Below are positions 38,001 through 50,215 of a stretch of 64,000 nucleotides of DNA, piece by piece. This DNA is from Haplodiscus bocki (taxonomy: Eukaryota). The position numbers and the translations under genes are program-made. Below the pieces are notes generated by a model. It did no database searches. It was not told the DNA's origin and saw only the letters and a program-made list of their open reading frames with translations. Numbering within the stretch: the stretch's first letter is position 1; each line of letters starts with the position of its first letter. The DNA lies in NCBI GenBank assembly GCA_965655095.1, contig OZ296653.1, positions 76,508,001 to 76,572,000 on the forward strand, given 5' to 3'.

Positions 38001-39545
38001 TCATGTATGAAAGGCTATGTTTGATTTTCGATAACAAGAAGTTGTTTTATCCGAAGCAGTTTGATTGTCAAAGTGAAGGAAGATATATTGACGCTCTGGC
38101 TGAAACTACAGAACATATTAGGCAAAGCAGTTTTAATAACCTTTAAATGTCTATTGTTTGATTTGCTTAAAGCACTTGATTGCATCAAGCATGAAGCTTT
38201 TGTTAGCTATACTAGAAAAAATGGGTTGACAGGAATATATTTAAAGTGGCTTAAGGCATACCAAACAACAACGTCAGTTTGTTCAAATAACTGATGTACT
38301 TTTGCATTTCTTGTGCCTGTCGTTAGGAGTCCCGCAAGGGTTAATTTTCTGACCTTTAGTGTTTTTAATATCCTTCAATGATCTTCCGAGTGCTTGTTAA
38401 TTTCTTAACTCAGTTTTATTTGCTGACGACACGAATCTTCGTCATGATGAGTTGTTTTTGGTAAAGAAATATTAGGAAAACTTTCCAAAATGGGTTTCTC
38501 TCAATAAACTTGCTCTAAATTGTGATGAAACTCCAGTTATAAATTTTTTAAATTATCAGGGCAGGAGATTATTTTATCAGAATGCGTCATTGAGTGGAGT
38601 ACTAGTGTTTATTATCCTGGCATTCTAGCCGATAAACTTTTAAATTTTAGTTTTCAAAAACCTGACGTAGTTGAAAAACTATCAGAACAGTATTCAGTAA
38701 CATCACGATTAAGACACTATGTTGAAACTCTCTGCTTCTTCTGTACTATATTACTCACATTACACCGCTTATTGGATAAGGTCTCCTAATTTAAATTTTT
38801 ACTTCAAAAAACAGATTGGAACCTCTTATTCTTTTACATAAGTTTATAATAGGACAAACTTGCTTTAAAGCTTGCTTTTATCCATCTGCAGAACATTTTG
38901 ATGAACTGAATGTGTTAAAATTTTCTGATTTTTATACTGTTGAGCTTCACAATTTTCTTTTTAAATCGGTTCGTAGTCTTTTTTCACTAAACGTATTACC
39001 TCGTTATATGAGCGCATTGTATCTAATGTTCAAACCAGAAATTCTCAGATTAACATATTTTCTTTGCGGAACAACTCCTGCTCTGTTAGTCGTGGTTGCT
39101 TGCGCTACAGAGGTGCGAAGCTGATCAATTGCCTTTTAGAAACAGGTTTGGGTACAGTTGATTTTTCGATAAGAATAAGGCGTTAAAATTAAAATTACAT
39201 GCAACATGTAAGAGTGAAGGATCAAATATAAAAATTAAATTTTCAATGAGATTGCTCATCATGTCCTGTTACTTCAATCGGGTCATCATTTCAGACTTTG
39301 GAAGTTTCTTTTTGATGGTGCCATTTAGATTACATATCTTAATATGTTTATTGTTGTTTGTATAATTGTAATATTCTATAATTTTGTTTTTATACTTACT
39401 CCTCATCAGGAAGATCAAAGTCTTATTCTTTTTCTTCTCATCCTTAATGCAGCTGTAAACTGCCGACAAAAAAGGAAGCCTACACCGACGCAGCTCTCCC
39501 CGGCTCACTAGCAACTAAGAGTGTGTTTTGGGAGACAGAAGAGAG
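20060..39545 (+). repeat. Tandem array of ~2.28-kb units derived from LINE ORF2 (linker + RT + C-terminus + 3' UTR), at least 9 copies
   Basis: Unit starts near 20064, 21759, 24056, 26353, 28619, 30902, 33180, 35012, 37280; each has decayed NYRSTSILP, QFGF..KRSTIDA, KAIDSINH, GVPQ, IYINDLP, ADDT and the junction cggctcactagtaactgagggtttgtttcggcagac. Confidence 0.95.
34643..34842. other. Assembly gap (200 N) inside the tandem array
   Basis: Run of N; the unit spanning it measures 1832 bp instead of ~2280. Confidence 0.99.
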
Positions 39546-40639
39546 TAACCTACGAGCAATTTTTGTCACTCGGACGGCAATGGTTTTATGAACAAGACGG
39601 TTTTTCTGGATTTTACTCTACTCTCCAAAAAAAGGGCAAAAAAGAGTGTTTTTCTTAGGATAATCCAGATCACCACCGTGTGAAACAGAAAAAGGCCTGG
39701 TCTGGAGTCCCTCACCAAAAGGGCACCAAACGAACAAAGTTTTAAGAAAGTGGAAAAACATAGAAAACGATGTGTCTGTTTGTCAGTCTTTTAAGGGATT
39801 GTCCTAATCATTTTTCAGGGTCCGTTTTCATGGAACATTCCTTCTCATTTCACTGGATGCGTTCCGTTGGAGGTATGTTTGTTAAATCAGAGTTTTGGAC
39901 TCAAAATTGGAGCTTCCAAAAACAATTCAATTGCAAAATATCGTGAAGCCTTTCCTTTTTGGTGCGTTTGCGAGACAAATGCAGTGAACGACTTGGAAAA
40001 TTTTGGTAAGGGAATGTTTTGAATGTTTTGAGGGCAGATAAAAACAGTCTTCAACTCGATGGATTGGTTGGTGGGTCAGGCACTCACAGGTTTTCGGGGG
40101 TGAAGTTTTTATTTTGGTCAGAATTTTAGGAGAGACTGGAAATACGAACGGGAGATGAATAAGAGCCGAAATCACGGAAACTGTACTGAAATTCAGTTGG
40201 AGAGTTGAAGATAGTGAGATTGAGGAGGCCCATGGAAAAACTAAGGAAACAAACTTGTAGTTTGGGCAGGCGCTAACATTCAAAAAAGCTTCAAGGGTTC
40301 CGGTGTTCAGCAAAAAATCGGCTGATTCAAGAATCGGAAATGGTGGAAATCCCATTTTGATAGTTTTTCACTAAGGTGTTCTGTACTCTGTGATGAAAGT
40401 AAAGGGCTTCTGACTGCCGGCATACTACGGCATGCCTAAGGAAAACATTATGTTTGCAAGAAACCGTTTCAGTTTTTAGGGTTTTGAATTTCTTTGGCCC
40501 CAAAGGTACCATTGGTATAGAAACTGAACATCGACGGTAAAACACAGCCTGATAAAAAAATTCACAAACTTTCACTGCAATGACGTGCATGCGTGAAAGT
40601 GAGTAGGTAGGTTTACGGTGCTTTGTGTTGCCATGTGCG

Positions 40640-42650
40640 GCGAAAAGGTGCGCAAGGATTTCAGCATTTGCTTTGGAAAGGAAGAGAAAGGAGCAGGTTG
40701 ATAGTTGTAAATATTATGTTGATGTACTTTTACACTGGTAGTCAGTCTGTTCCATCTGATTTAAAATATGTGAAAAACAGAAGTTGCGCAACAGGCAAAA
40801 GGACGCTCGTTGTCCAGAGCTGACGCGCAAAGGCTCTATTAAAAGTCAACCGGGCAGTTGCAGCGGAAGTGGAACTAAAATTCTCAAAAGAAGTCACAGA
40901 AGGAAGCGGGAGGTTAAAAATTGGCCACGAGGTCCTTTTTGGGGTCTAGTTTTAATCATCATTGTGGCACTAAGTACTCTTGCTATAAGGCAGAACAACT
41001 CATCCGGACGATAAAAGACGGCGAATGGTCCTACAGTTCAATTTTCTGGTACCTGGATTTTGTTACTTGAATTTGAAGGCTAAAACTTCATTGAACTTTG
41101 AAAAAACACGTGTATTGTTTGGTAGTTTGTCAGGCCTATCGCAGTTTGTTTGTTTTGCATAAGGACTTAATTTGCATAAGTTTTGTTTCGATTGAAGATG
41201 GTTTGTCGAGGCATGTCAAGTATCTTTATGTCTTTTCAGGTGGATCTATATTGAAAGTTTTCCACAGGAAGTGGTGGTTGTTTGCCGAAGTCGCAATCAC
41301 TTGAGTTGACTCAAATGCAACGAACAGAAAAGTTTCAAAAGGCTTACCTACGTTCTCACAAACGAACTGCCACGTTTTTTTAACGCACTCTCGGATAAAG
41401 AGTAAACGTGAACACTCATTATTTTTGGCGTTAGAGGAGTGACAGGGAGTGTTGTTTTTTGACAAACAACACGCGTTGTGCCAAACCAAACGGAAAACGC
41501 CTTTGGAGTTTTGATACTACGCAAACAGACAAGGAATAAGAAGTTGAATGACAAACGAGAACAAGAGAGAGACAATTGCGCATATCCTGTAAGTTCTTCA
41601 TCTATCTGTTGCGTCTAATGGAGAGTAGAGTTGCGAGCAAAATGTTCATTGGGTGAATTGATAGGAATCGCGATTGTGCTTTCTCCCACCAGTTTCGTTA
41701 GTTTTTTTTGGGAGAGCTGAATAAGTACCATTTAATATTTTGTCAAACTTCTAGTTTCGCTGATTTCCTGCTGAATACTCCATGGAGATTGTGAAGTGGC
41801 AGTAGTACTGAGAGTAATGAATTCAGCGGAGTTGTTGGAGCAAAATCCAGAAAGTTGAATAGTTTTGTTGCGCAATTGATGAGCCTGGAGGGCAGATGTT
41901 TGCTCCCTATAAATCACTGCTGTTTGACAGAGAAACAAAGCACACCTTGCAGTTTAGGACTTCGAGTGATAATCGGTACCCCGTGCTGGCATCTTTGTCT
42001 GTTTGAGAGATAATATAGCGTTCTGATGCATATGTGATGAGCCAGTTTCGTTGTCCATGAAAAAAAGCTTCCTCCTTCAGGGGAGTTTAGAACACTTGAT
42101 GTTGAACGATTGAAATGCCGCCGTCGAATCTTTATCATACAAAGCAGAAAAACAAAACTCTGTATCTCCGTAGGTAAACCCAAGCAGACTTAGCTTGCTA
42201 TCGAACCAATGCACTGAAAATGATCACGGGCCATCCGACAAGTTGATTCTGAGCCTATCAGAAGTAATGCTCTATGATTACTTTCAACGTCTCAGAAGAA
42301 ACTTTTAGCCTTGTTTTTGTCAGGCACAGGAACTTTCAATGTAAGGTAAACATGCAGAAGTGTTGTTGTGGAAGTAACGGAACAGCCCTGGTGAACAGAA
42401 GCCCAATATTACAGACAACAACCTGGCGCATAAGTTTAATTTCGTTCTTCGACATCAAATTGACATTTGGTGCGGCAAATTTATGGCGTGAGCATTCTCA
42501 TTTTTTTTGTGAGACAACTTCTTGCAAATGTCACGAACAAAAACTTTTAGGTGGTTCTATAGGAGTTGAAAAAACTCCAGAGCAACCAATACCAAGAAAT
42601 TCCAATGACAACAAATTGCAAAGAAAACGATCAATCAACTTCAACTTTTT
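40640..42650 (-). pseudogene. Putative highly decayed envelope/fusion glycoprotein gene of the Gypsy element at 59015-64000
   Basis: Piecewise minus-strand reading: hydrophobic N-terminal stretch (~42560-42630), GLLF...LHVYLTLKVP, scattered Cys, and a C-terminal hydrophobic run YINIIFTTINLLLSLPF followed by basic residues; same strand as, and downstream of, pol if the Polinton is removed. Confidence 0.35.
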
Positions 42651-42732
42651 CAGGAAAGTGGCGGTATCCACTTAATGCGAAACAGTGGTCAAGAAGCATA
42701 TAAAGCGGAAGGGAAATGAATCACATTATTGC

Positions 42733-43400
42733 AGTTTCAGGTTGCTAAGCCTTTTGATTTTCTTCAACCTTGAAAAGCTTCCGAGCGTCTACCATTATCT
42801 CTGGCTTTCAAATTTTTCACTGACGTTGGGCCATTTTATGGTTTTTTGACGCTCTCCGTTATTCGCTAATGAGTGGTAAGAGAAAGCGTCAATCAGGTGC
42901 GGTAGTTGGAAAAACTTACATGGTTCAAGATAGATTATAATCACTGGAGCTCGAATTAGATTTTCCACTCGAAACAAAGGAGGAGTTATTCTTTGGTGAG
43001 CTTTTAAAATGAGACACAAATTTGGCAATGTATTTAGACAAGCTATAAATCGGCAATGTATTAAGATAGTGTTTCCACGTCAAAGTATTACACTACGTAA
43101 AATATTACGATAGGGTTTCCGAGTCAGGGTAATACGCTGGGTAATGTAATGAGACAGTTGGTTCGAGTCAACATGTTATGATACGAGTCCATGTTGGTTA
43201 ACGTTTTAAGATAGTCAGACGGATCAATATGTAGGGATAGGGGAACTTCGGCACTGTGTGACTTTTTCAAGTATTCCTCCTGAACTTCTCGATGAGGCCC
43301 TTGATATGTTTTACAAGCGGACTGTTTTTGACGCCTGTGGTTAGCTGAATAGGATAAGTACTGCGGCTGTGGTCAAATCTCACGCCTGCGATTACTAGTT
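42733..43400 (+). repeat. Left terminal inverted repeat of the Polinton
   Basis: Reverse complement aligns collinearly with ~58385-59014 (shared blocks aaaaagtc.cacagtgcc, aaacgtta.ccaac.tggac.cgtatc, tgactcgga..ccctatc, agcgtcaaaaaaccat, tttcaa.gttgaaga). Confidence 0.8.
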
Positions 43401-43512
43401 TGAGTTAATGCTATTTAGAAAGATTGATTTAAGATTTAAAATAGCCTACACAGATTTTAAGAAAACAGAAACATTGTAAAACATGCAAGTTTACATTGAA
43501 GACAATTGAATA

Positions 43513-43884
43513 TTAAATGCATTTACTTGTAAATAAAAGTATACCAACTTCGCAAACTCCAAGAAATTTTTCTTGCCGGAACTTGAAGAGATGTAGAGCT
43601 GCATATATTGTGTAGAAGCTGCAGACACTGAGATGGGGTTTTAATGGATCTGGCATCACCTGCTTGAAGTGTTGCTTGATGAAACTTCACTTTTTTCCTC
43701 CGAGAGTGTCTACCAAATGCAATTTTTGACCAGTTTGTGCAACAATTAGCCAATCCTGCAAATTATTGGATGGAGTATCTGAAAAAACAAAAGTAAAAAC
43801 AGCGTTTGGAGGGAATCAACTGAAACACCGATACTTGACTGGGAGTATCCGTTTGAATATTCGATGGAGAGCAACGTTGTCCAT
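43513..43884 (-). pseudogene. Polinton adenain-like cysteine protease remnant
   Basis: MDNVALHRIFKRI...FPP...DWLIVA...LHLVDTLG...SVCSFYTIYAALHLF, matching the (H)W...F.DS.G...C.FY layout of Polinton PRO. Confidence 0.7.
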
Positions 43885-44520
43885 CTTAGTTAGTCTTTCT
43901 AACAGCATCAAACTTGTCAACCGTAACCGAAAACATTAGTTTTCCCAAAACAAAAGTCCAAAAACGTGTTCTAGAGGCTTAGCGAAGTATAGTTCCAGTC
44001 TCAGAGCCCCGGGTGAATACAGTTTTCATTGGCGTCTTGCCTTGAAGTGAAGTCAGACACCAGTACAAAGTAACGTTTGGAATTGTCAATAGGAATTGAG
44101 GGGATGTAACCTTGGAATTTCAGTGCCCTCTTTGTCGTAACATGCAAGCGACAGTCACCAGTCGCCTCAAAGTCTTTAATTGGCTAACTCCCGTAAAAAA
44201 TCTTGTTTGCCATAAATTGACCTACTGTTATCAAAATGGATTTTTAATGTACAATCCAGTGAAAGCAGAGTTTGCATTTATTGCAAAATCAAGCCGATGA
44301 ACTGGAGCCGTGTTGAAAAAGTTTCATTGAATGATCTGGTTTATCTATAAGGAATAATAAAAATTCATGCTAGAGTGTAGCAATTGTGGAACTTCACAGC
44401 AATGTATGCCAGCATGTCGTTTGTTTTTTTTTGTGATAATCTTCCTTGACAGCAGTACGACTGGTGTAAGGCAAACAGTCATCAACTCCAGGTTTAACCT
44501 TGGGGTTTTCGATAATCTTG
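43885..44520 (-). pseudogene. Polinton major capsid protein (PY), C-terminal part
   Basis: NQIIQ.NFFNTAPVHRL.FA.NANSAFTG....NPF, YFVLVSDFT, LRLELYFAKPLE; the N-terminal half appears deleted. Confidence 0.7.
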
Positions 44521-44576
44521 GAAAATTTGGATCTGGCTACGGCTAGTCGTAACTTTAATTTCATTTTTGGATATAT

Positions 44577-44819
44577 CTAATTACAAGTGGAAGAAGTGAG
44601 CCTCCAGTTTACCATATAACATGGGTCGCGGGGTCCACTGAGCAATTTATTTCTGCTAGTGAAAAAAGGGTTTTGGAATTGTTTGGCTTTACTTTGGATC
44701 ATCATAAAAAATGGAATAGCGCTTCTTCCGTTAATTAGTGCAAGTGCACTAACTTCCCTTTCGCGCTGTCGACCAAATCTTCTATAGAATGAAAGCTCTA
44801 CTTGTTTTGAGGCAACCAT
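44577..44819 (-). pseudogene. Polinton small basic core-like protein (PW-like) remnant
   Basis: MVASKQVELSFYRRFGRQRERE...GRSAIPF resembles the QRGxG-type small ORF found between capsid genes. Confidence 0.45.
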
Positions 44820-44849
44820 CGTGAATTATCACTTTTGATGGAGGTGAAA

Positions 44850-45640
44850 GTTCGAAGCTTTTTAAACATCAAAACGAAGGAAGAGTACCTACGAATACAG
44901 AAGTTATCTTTTACCGCTCGAGTTTCTCACGTTATTGTGAATATTATGATAAGAACTTTTGAGCAGCGGTCTGAGTTGTACAATATCAAAAGTCTGGTAG
45001 TTTATGTGCTGTCTAGTTGTTATAGTGATCCCAGCTTTTAGCTTCCAAATCAAAGGAAAACGAGGCAAAAAACAACTTTTATTTTGCCATCAGTATTATA
45101 CTCAATCAGATCTGTTTATATTACGAGAGAGTAGACGCGGACGAGGTCGTGAGCAAAATCTTGTTTGCGAGGTTGTTTTTTTTCACCAATACGCCAAAAT
45201 TTTTGTCAACAAAACTTCCTGAAATCTGACCCAAATCCATGCTAAAGAAAACAAGACCGGGTCTTTCCTTTGGAAAGTAAATGCCACTTTGTTGCGTTCT
45301 TCAAGAAATTCTTACCGTTATAAAGTTTCCGCTGTGATTGCATCCTTCTTGAACGAATGTGTTCATAGCTACAACAAAATCCGTAATGTTAGTGTACAGA
45401 CAAATTTCCTTATAGTAAAATGCTAACGTTTTTGAAGGTTTTTTCATAAACATGAACTTCTTACCTCTAATTGTTTGGTACATTGACAGGTAGGATGTTT
45501 CCGAAAATGCAACGTCCCATTAACTTTCGAGATGCTACGGCAAAGAAGAGTGAAGGAGCCGAATGTATTGTCTGGAACTAGGTGTCCGGATGCCTAAGAA
45601 ACCAACTCTTTTGTCAACAAATCCCCTGCTAATTGACTCT
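44850..45640 (-). pseudogene. Polinton minor capsid (penton-like) remnant
   Basis: ELVS.AS..LVPDNTFGSFT...WDVAFSETSYLSMYQ at the N-terminus; RPLLKSSYHNIH...SSGK...FVLMFK at the C-terminus. Confidence 0.65.
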
Positions 45641-46560
45641 ATATCTATTGTGCGATAAAAATTACCACGTACAAAATCATCCTGTTCTTTTCTTTATGTA
45701 AGTTGCAGGTTGTTGGGAAAAAAGTGCAACAATTTCAAAAACATCCCACTTAGACTATTTTTATAGGCCCTCTTGAAGGGTCAGTTGAACTTCGGATTGC
45801 AAACTCTGTCTCCAAATTAAAAACCAGGTTTTTTGTTTCCTCGTAGTGGCCTGCTGTACAGAATGGACAAAAAGTCGGAAATCTTGACATTCTTTAGCAT
45901 CGAATCAATCAACCAAGTTTCTCTGGAATTCAGGGCTGTCACAAATTGATACGAGTTTTGAATGTACTTTTATCCATATTATGCCATGTAAGTTTAAAGT
46001 AAATTTTCCAAAACTCGTATTGTACGTTTAGCAAAACAGCCCTAGTGTCACCTATTGTGGAGTAACTTCGTAGTCCTTCTTTTGTGCAAATTTTTGCGCA
46101 CCCTCTAGCATATTCTGTTCCTTGTTGGACCAAATTTTTTCAATTTGATTTTTTTGTTATCGTTTTTAAATTGTTCGAACTCTTTTCTTGCAATTCTTTG
46201 TTTTCATTCTTTCTGCATCTACGGTTCTTTCAAACAAGTATTGACGAACTAGTTAAAACTTCACAACCAATTCATCTCTGGCTATTTTATCAACATATGC
46301 CAGTCCTAATCAACAAATTCTTCCCTTTCAAATCTAGCAAATGCTTTCGTACTCTTGATTTTACTTGTAACTAGAGTAAAGATTGTTTAGAAAACTTTTC
46401 ATTGCAAATTTTTTCTCACTTTTGATACTGGTAGCCTGCTAGCATTCACTAAGTTTTGTAGAGACCCATAAGCAGCCCCACTTTGTGTGTACAACCTTTG
46501 CAGCTTCTGATGTTCATTTTTTGAAAGGCACCCAGCTTCATCATTCTTTGGTTTTGGCAT
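45640..46560 (-). pseudogene. Polinton retroviral-like integrase remnant
   Basis: LQRLYTQSGAAYGSLQNL...KVRK, QQGTEY, YST, RTIR, FGDRV...PFKRAYK...DVFEIV...PATY...VRGNFY. Confidence 0.8.
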
Positions 46561-47190
46561 TTTGATTCGAAACCGGAGTCGGAGATATGCCAGCAGTGTC
46601 AAGTAAAGTGAGATATATGTTTGAAGACTGCGTTTTTGTGACGCAATTGTTGAACAAAATCTGACAGTGAAACAACAGTTTTTACACCATCCAAAAATGA
46701 AGAGTGCGAATTGGAGAGCTTGATACAAGGACAAGACAGAATTTGTCTACTAAGGAGTCTGCTTTGGCAAACTTTTTCGTTATCTCCTTCCAAAGTGAAC
46801 CAATTGAGATTTAGTAAAGCTTTATATTTTGTAAGTTCCTGCTTCGTCACTGACTGGGGATTCACGGTTATGTTTTTCACAAAAGCAGGGTTTAGAGCAA
46901 ATTGTTCCCTCTCAAAACAGATGGCCAAAGACTTGAAGAGTATTGAGTTTTATGAGTTGTAGCTTTCTTTCATATGCCAGAAGAACTTTTATTAGCTTCC
47001 AAGGTTTTTTTTTATAAAAAATGCAATTTGAATTGCGTTTTGAGAGTATTTCACATGATATTTTTTTATGCTTTGCAGGTTTTTTAGGCCAGATTTACTA
47101 TGGATTCGCTGAAAAAATTGATGAAGTTTTCCTGGGATAGTTTGAGGGAAAAGACATTTGCCTTTGCGGCAAAACACTTTGAACACATGA
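46560..47190 (-). pseudogene. Polinton PZ-like ORF remnant
   Basis: ILSCPCIKLSNS...LDGV...SDFVQQLRHKNA located between ATPase and integrase; assignment mainly positional. Confidence 0.4.
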
Positions 47191-47249
47191 AAAGTAGAAA
47201 AACTTTGTGGTTTCGACCTGTCGGTTGCGACCTGTCGGTGATTTAATTT

Positions 47250-47925
47250 TTTGAGGGAATGGATGCAGTATTTCTACATCAAATTAATCGATTGCCTGTG
47301 CATGGCGACAAGTCAATTTCAATCAAAAACTGACCGTAGGGAACAGATATTGCGTCTCGATACCAGTCAACTAGCTCAGCTCAGAGTTCCAATTGAGCAC
47401 TAAGCGTACGGACATGCATCATATGACTCCAAGACTTGAAGAGAAGAAAATGTGTTGTTTGTAGCTCAGAATTTCCCCCAAATTTGCTTTGAAGGAATAA
47501 GTTGTGTTTATTGTAAATGGTAGCCAATCCACAAAGTCTTCCTGCGGTAGCAGTATGAAAAAAGATTTTCGAACTGCAAATCTCGTCACACGAAACGTCA
47601 AAGATGAACCAGTACCTTTTACTTTTGTTTTTTAACGAATCGATAAATTCAGTTTTGACACATTGAACAAACTCGGTAGGTTCAAGATCTTTTTCCGTAG
47701 CCTAGTTAAGTAGCTGAGAGTTGTGTCGAAAAAAAAAGTTTTGAAAAAATTTGGCTGAAAAAAAGCAAATTTGAGCAGGTTCAAACTGAATTTGAATTAA
47801 ATTAACTCCAAATTGAAAAACTTAGCTATGAAGTCTTCCTATGTTGTATTTAGCTCGAGAATTGCCCGTCTCAGAAAGACCGACCGTTGAAATCAAGACG
47901 CGTTTTCCGTAGAAATGAATTCGTT
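47250..47925 (-). pseudogene. Polinton packaging ATPase remnant
   Basis: Walker A remnant VGLSETGNS, Walker B LIFDV, then TAGR..GL..IY.KHNLF.QSK, LLFKS, WYRDA.SVPYG.FLI..DLSP. Confidence 0.8.
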
Positions 47926-48299
47926 TAAAGACTTGGTGAGATCAAATTGTCTGTTGCTGCTCTACTCAAAATCCCCCCTAAACAGGTGTTTTAGCGCAGG
48001 TCTGGGAAAGATGGTTTCTCCAAAAGCAACTAAAGATAATCAGGGAAATGATGAAAGTTGGGAGAAAACAATCCAATATCTGGAACAGTTTTGGCTCGAA
48101 AAAGTCACGATGATGTTTCTTGATTGTTGTCATATATGATCAATTTGCCCAGATTGATTTATCTTCTTCATCAGTCGTTTGGTTTTAACGCTTTTTGATT
48201 CAGTGATGAGTCGCAGAGAAAGATTGATTCAATTCAATTTATTTGATTCATAGATAAGGAGAAAACAATTCACAATACATGTTTTACAACTTCAAACGC

Positions 48300-48760
48300 T
48301 CCACTGTCCAGTTAATAGGAACTTTTGCTTTGCGTTCTTCACAGTGACCTGTGGTCTTGTATCTGATTGGGTAATGCGATCGAATCTACATTTGTTCATA
48401 TGATTCAGGCTCAACAAGGTCTCAACTTTTGTATCAACCATGATCAGACAAGTTCCTACAAATTTACCCAGAAAAATTCCAAGACTCTTGCATTTTTCTG
48501 TGCTTTTTGCAAAGAAATTAGCTTTTATGTCTTTACGAAGATTGTTTCAAATGTCACTGTATTCCAAACAACTACTGTTCTGCACAATTCCGTGCAGTTT
48601 TTTTCAACCCAAAGTGCTGGCTTTTTTGGTTTGAACTTTTCATGGAGTACCAAAATGGTATTCGTGAACATGTCCATCAAAACTAGTTTCCTAAATCGAT
48701 AAAAAAGTTTTGCTTGCTTTCTCAATATACAAATAAAAACATATCAAGGCATAATTTTTC
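48300..48760 (-). pseudogene. Polinton accessory ORF remnant, possibly DEDD/DnaQ exonuclease-like
   Basis: KFKPKKPALW...LHGIV.NS..LEY...FFAKSTEKCK pattern across frames; weak. Confidence 0.3.
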
Positions 48761-49599
48761 AAAAGTTGACAAAAATCAATATAGAAGATGGAAAGAGCTT
48801 TACGTGAAGGCAAATGAGTAGTCCAGTCACGTGACCAAGCATACAAGATTTTCGTCCACGTCTAATCATGTAACAGTAGCCAGGACTTTTACCACAATGT
48901 GATTGCACTGTTCCAGCAGCATCATCTAGTATTGCTTGTAGTCTAATTACGTTTAAGTGACAAAACAAGAACTTCAAGTATGAGTGCCCGTAGCCAATGT
49001 GTCCCACCATTTTATGTTTTTAATCCGTCTCACGTAAAAAAGCAAGCCGACAGCGACATGCATTTAGAAACAGATTTTTGCGAGTGCTGTTATGTTCAAA
49101 TGACAATTTTTAACCGCGAGTACAAGCGAAAATCCTATTAGAAAGAGAACATCTCTTCTTGTTTGATTTGCTTATGGACAACTAATTCTTCCAGCAAAAT
49201 GCATCGCCTGAAAAATGTGCAAATTGAACTCATCAGAACTACTTGTTTTAGAGGGAGCGTTTGGTGTTCTCTCTCTTTCATATCAACTCCATTATCTTTG
49301 AGGTACAAATTGTTTCGGTAGAGGTACAAATTCAACTTGTTTGTGTCATTTTTGAAATGTACACAAACTTTCTACTACCATTGAATACTGTCCAACTTTG
49401 GCAAAAAGTTGTTCCATGAGATCGGTCGTTTGATAGTCTGGTGTTTGTTGCCTTTCCACTACCGTTTGCTTAGGTTTTTTCGAAGTAAAGTTTGGAGTTG
49501 TTTGTACAACATGATGAAGCCCACCCTTGATTTCAAATTGAGATAGAGGTTTTCATCATCTCCGAGTTTTCAATTCAATCTCATTCGAAATAAAAAGAA

Positions 49600-50215
49600 T
49601 AATTAAAAGTAAAAAGTTTCATTTTCCTTTAGAGAAATCTTAAAAATGGATTGATTAGCAAACTTTTTATCGTATACAGAATTTACTACTTCGAGTAGTT
49701 GACTGTTTTCATCAACTTTATAGTTCAATTGAACAAAGTGTGGAAATTTTTCTTCCTCCTTCTCTGTCGCAAGTAATCGGACTTGAGAATTTGAACTCTC
49801 CGGCTTGTCCACAAGGTACTGCTACATACTCACGCAACATACCTTTTGGTTTGGGCGATCCACAACGTCAACCATCCCATGAGTCAGTTCGAATTGTTTA
49901 TCCTCGTTTTTGGACATCGTTGGTATCTCTAAAGGGGACAATGTTTGCTCTTTACCAAAGTTGTTTTTGCAACAAGGACTAGCTTGTTCCTCAATTGCAA
50001 TAACCGGTTGAAATTTGCTTCTCCCATTCTAAGTTTTTTACCAGCCCGAAATTTTTCTTGTTTTTCCTATTGAAGACGTTGATTTTCACATTCAAGCAGT
50101 TGGAGTTGTTTTTGGACCAAGATAGTTGTTCAAATCCGTCTTGGCGTTTTCCATAGTTTACATAATTGGTGCAAGATAGCTTGTCCATGGAAGCAGTAGT
50201 GTTGTAAGCCATGTG
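49600..50215 (-). pseudogene. Polinton accessory ORF remnant, possibly PC4-like ssDNA-binding
   Basis: MAYNTTASMDKLSCTNYVNYGK...SWSKNNSNCLNVKINVF and DKPESSNSQVRL...VQLNYK read as one decayed coding unit; fold assignment is tentative. Confidence 0.3.

Noticed and set aside
20060-39545. Array as a CRISPR-like or diversity-generating RT system, or as a functional multigene family
   Set aside because: No short repeat-spacer structure; every unit has many stops and frameshifts and damaged RT motifs
40640-42650. Envelope-like gene as Polinton cargo, as with fusogen-bearing nematode Mavericks
   Set aside because: It lies outside the left terminal inverted repeat (42733), so it fits the flanking Gypsy better
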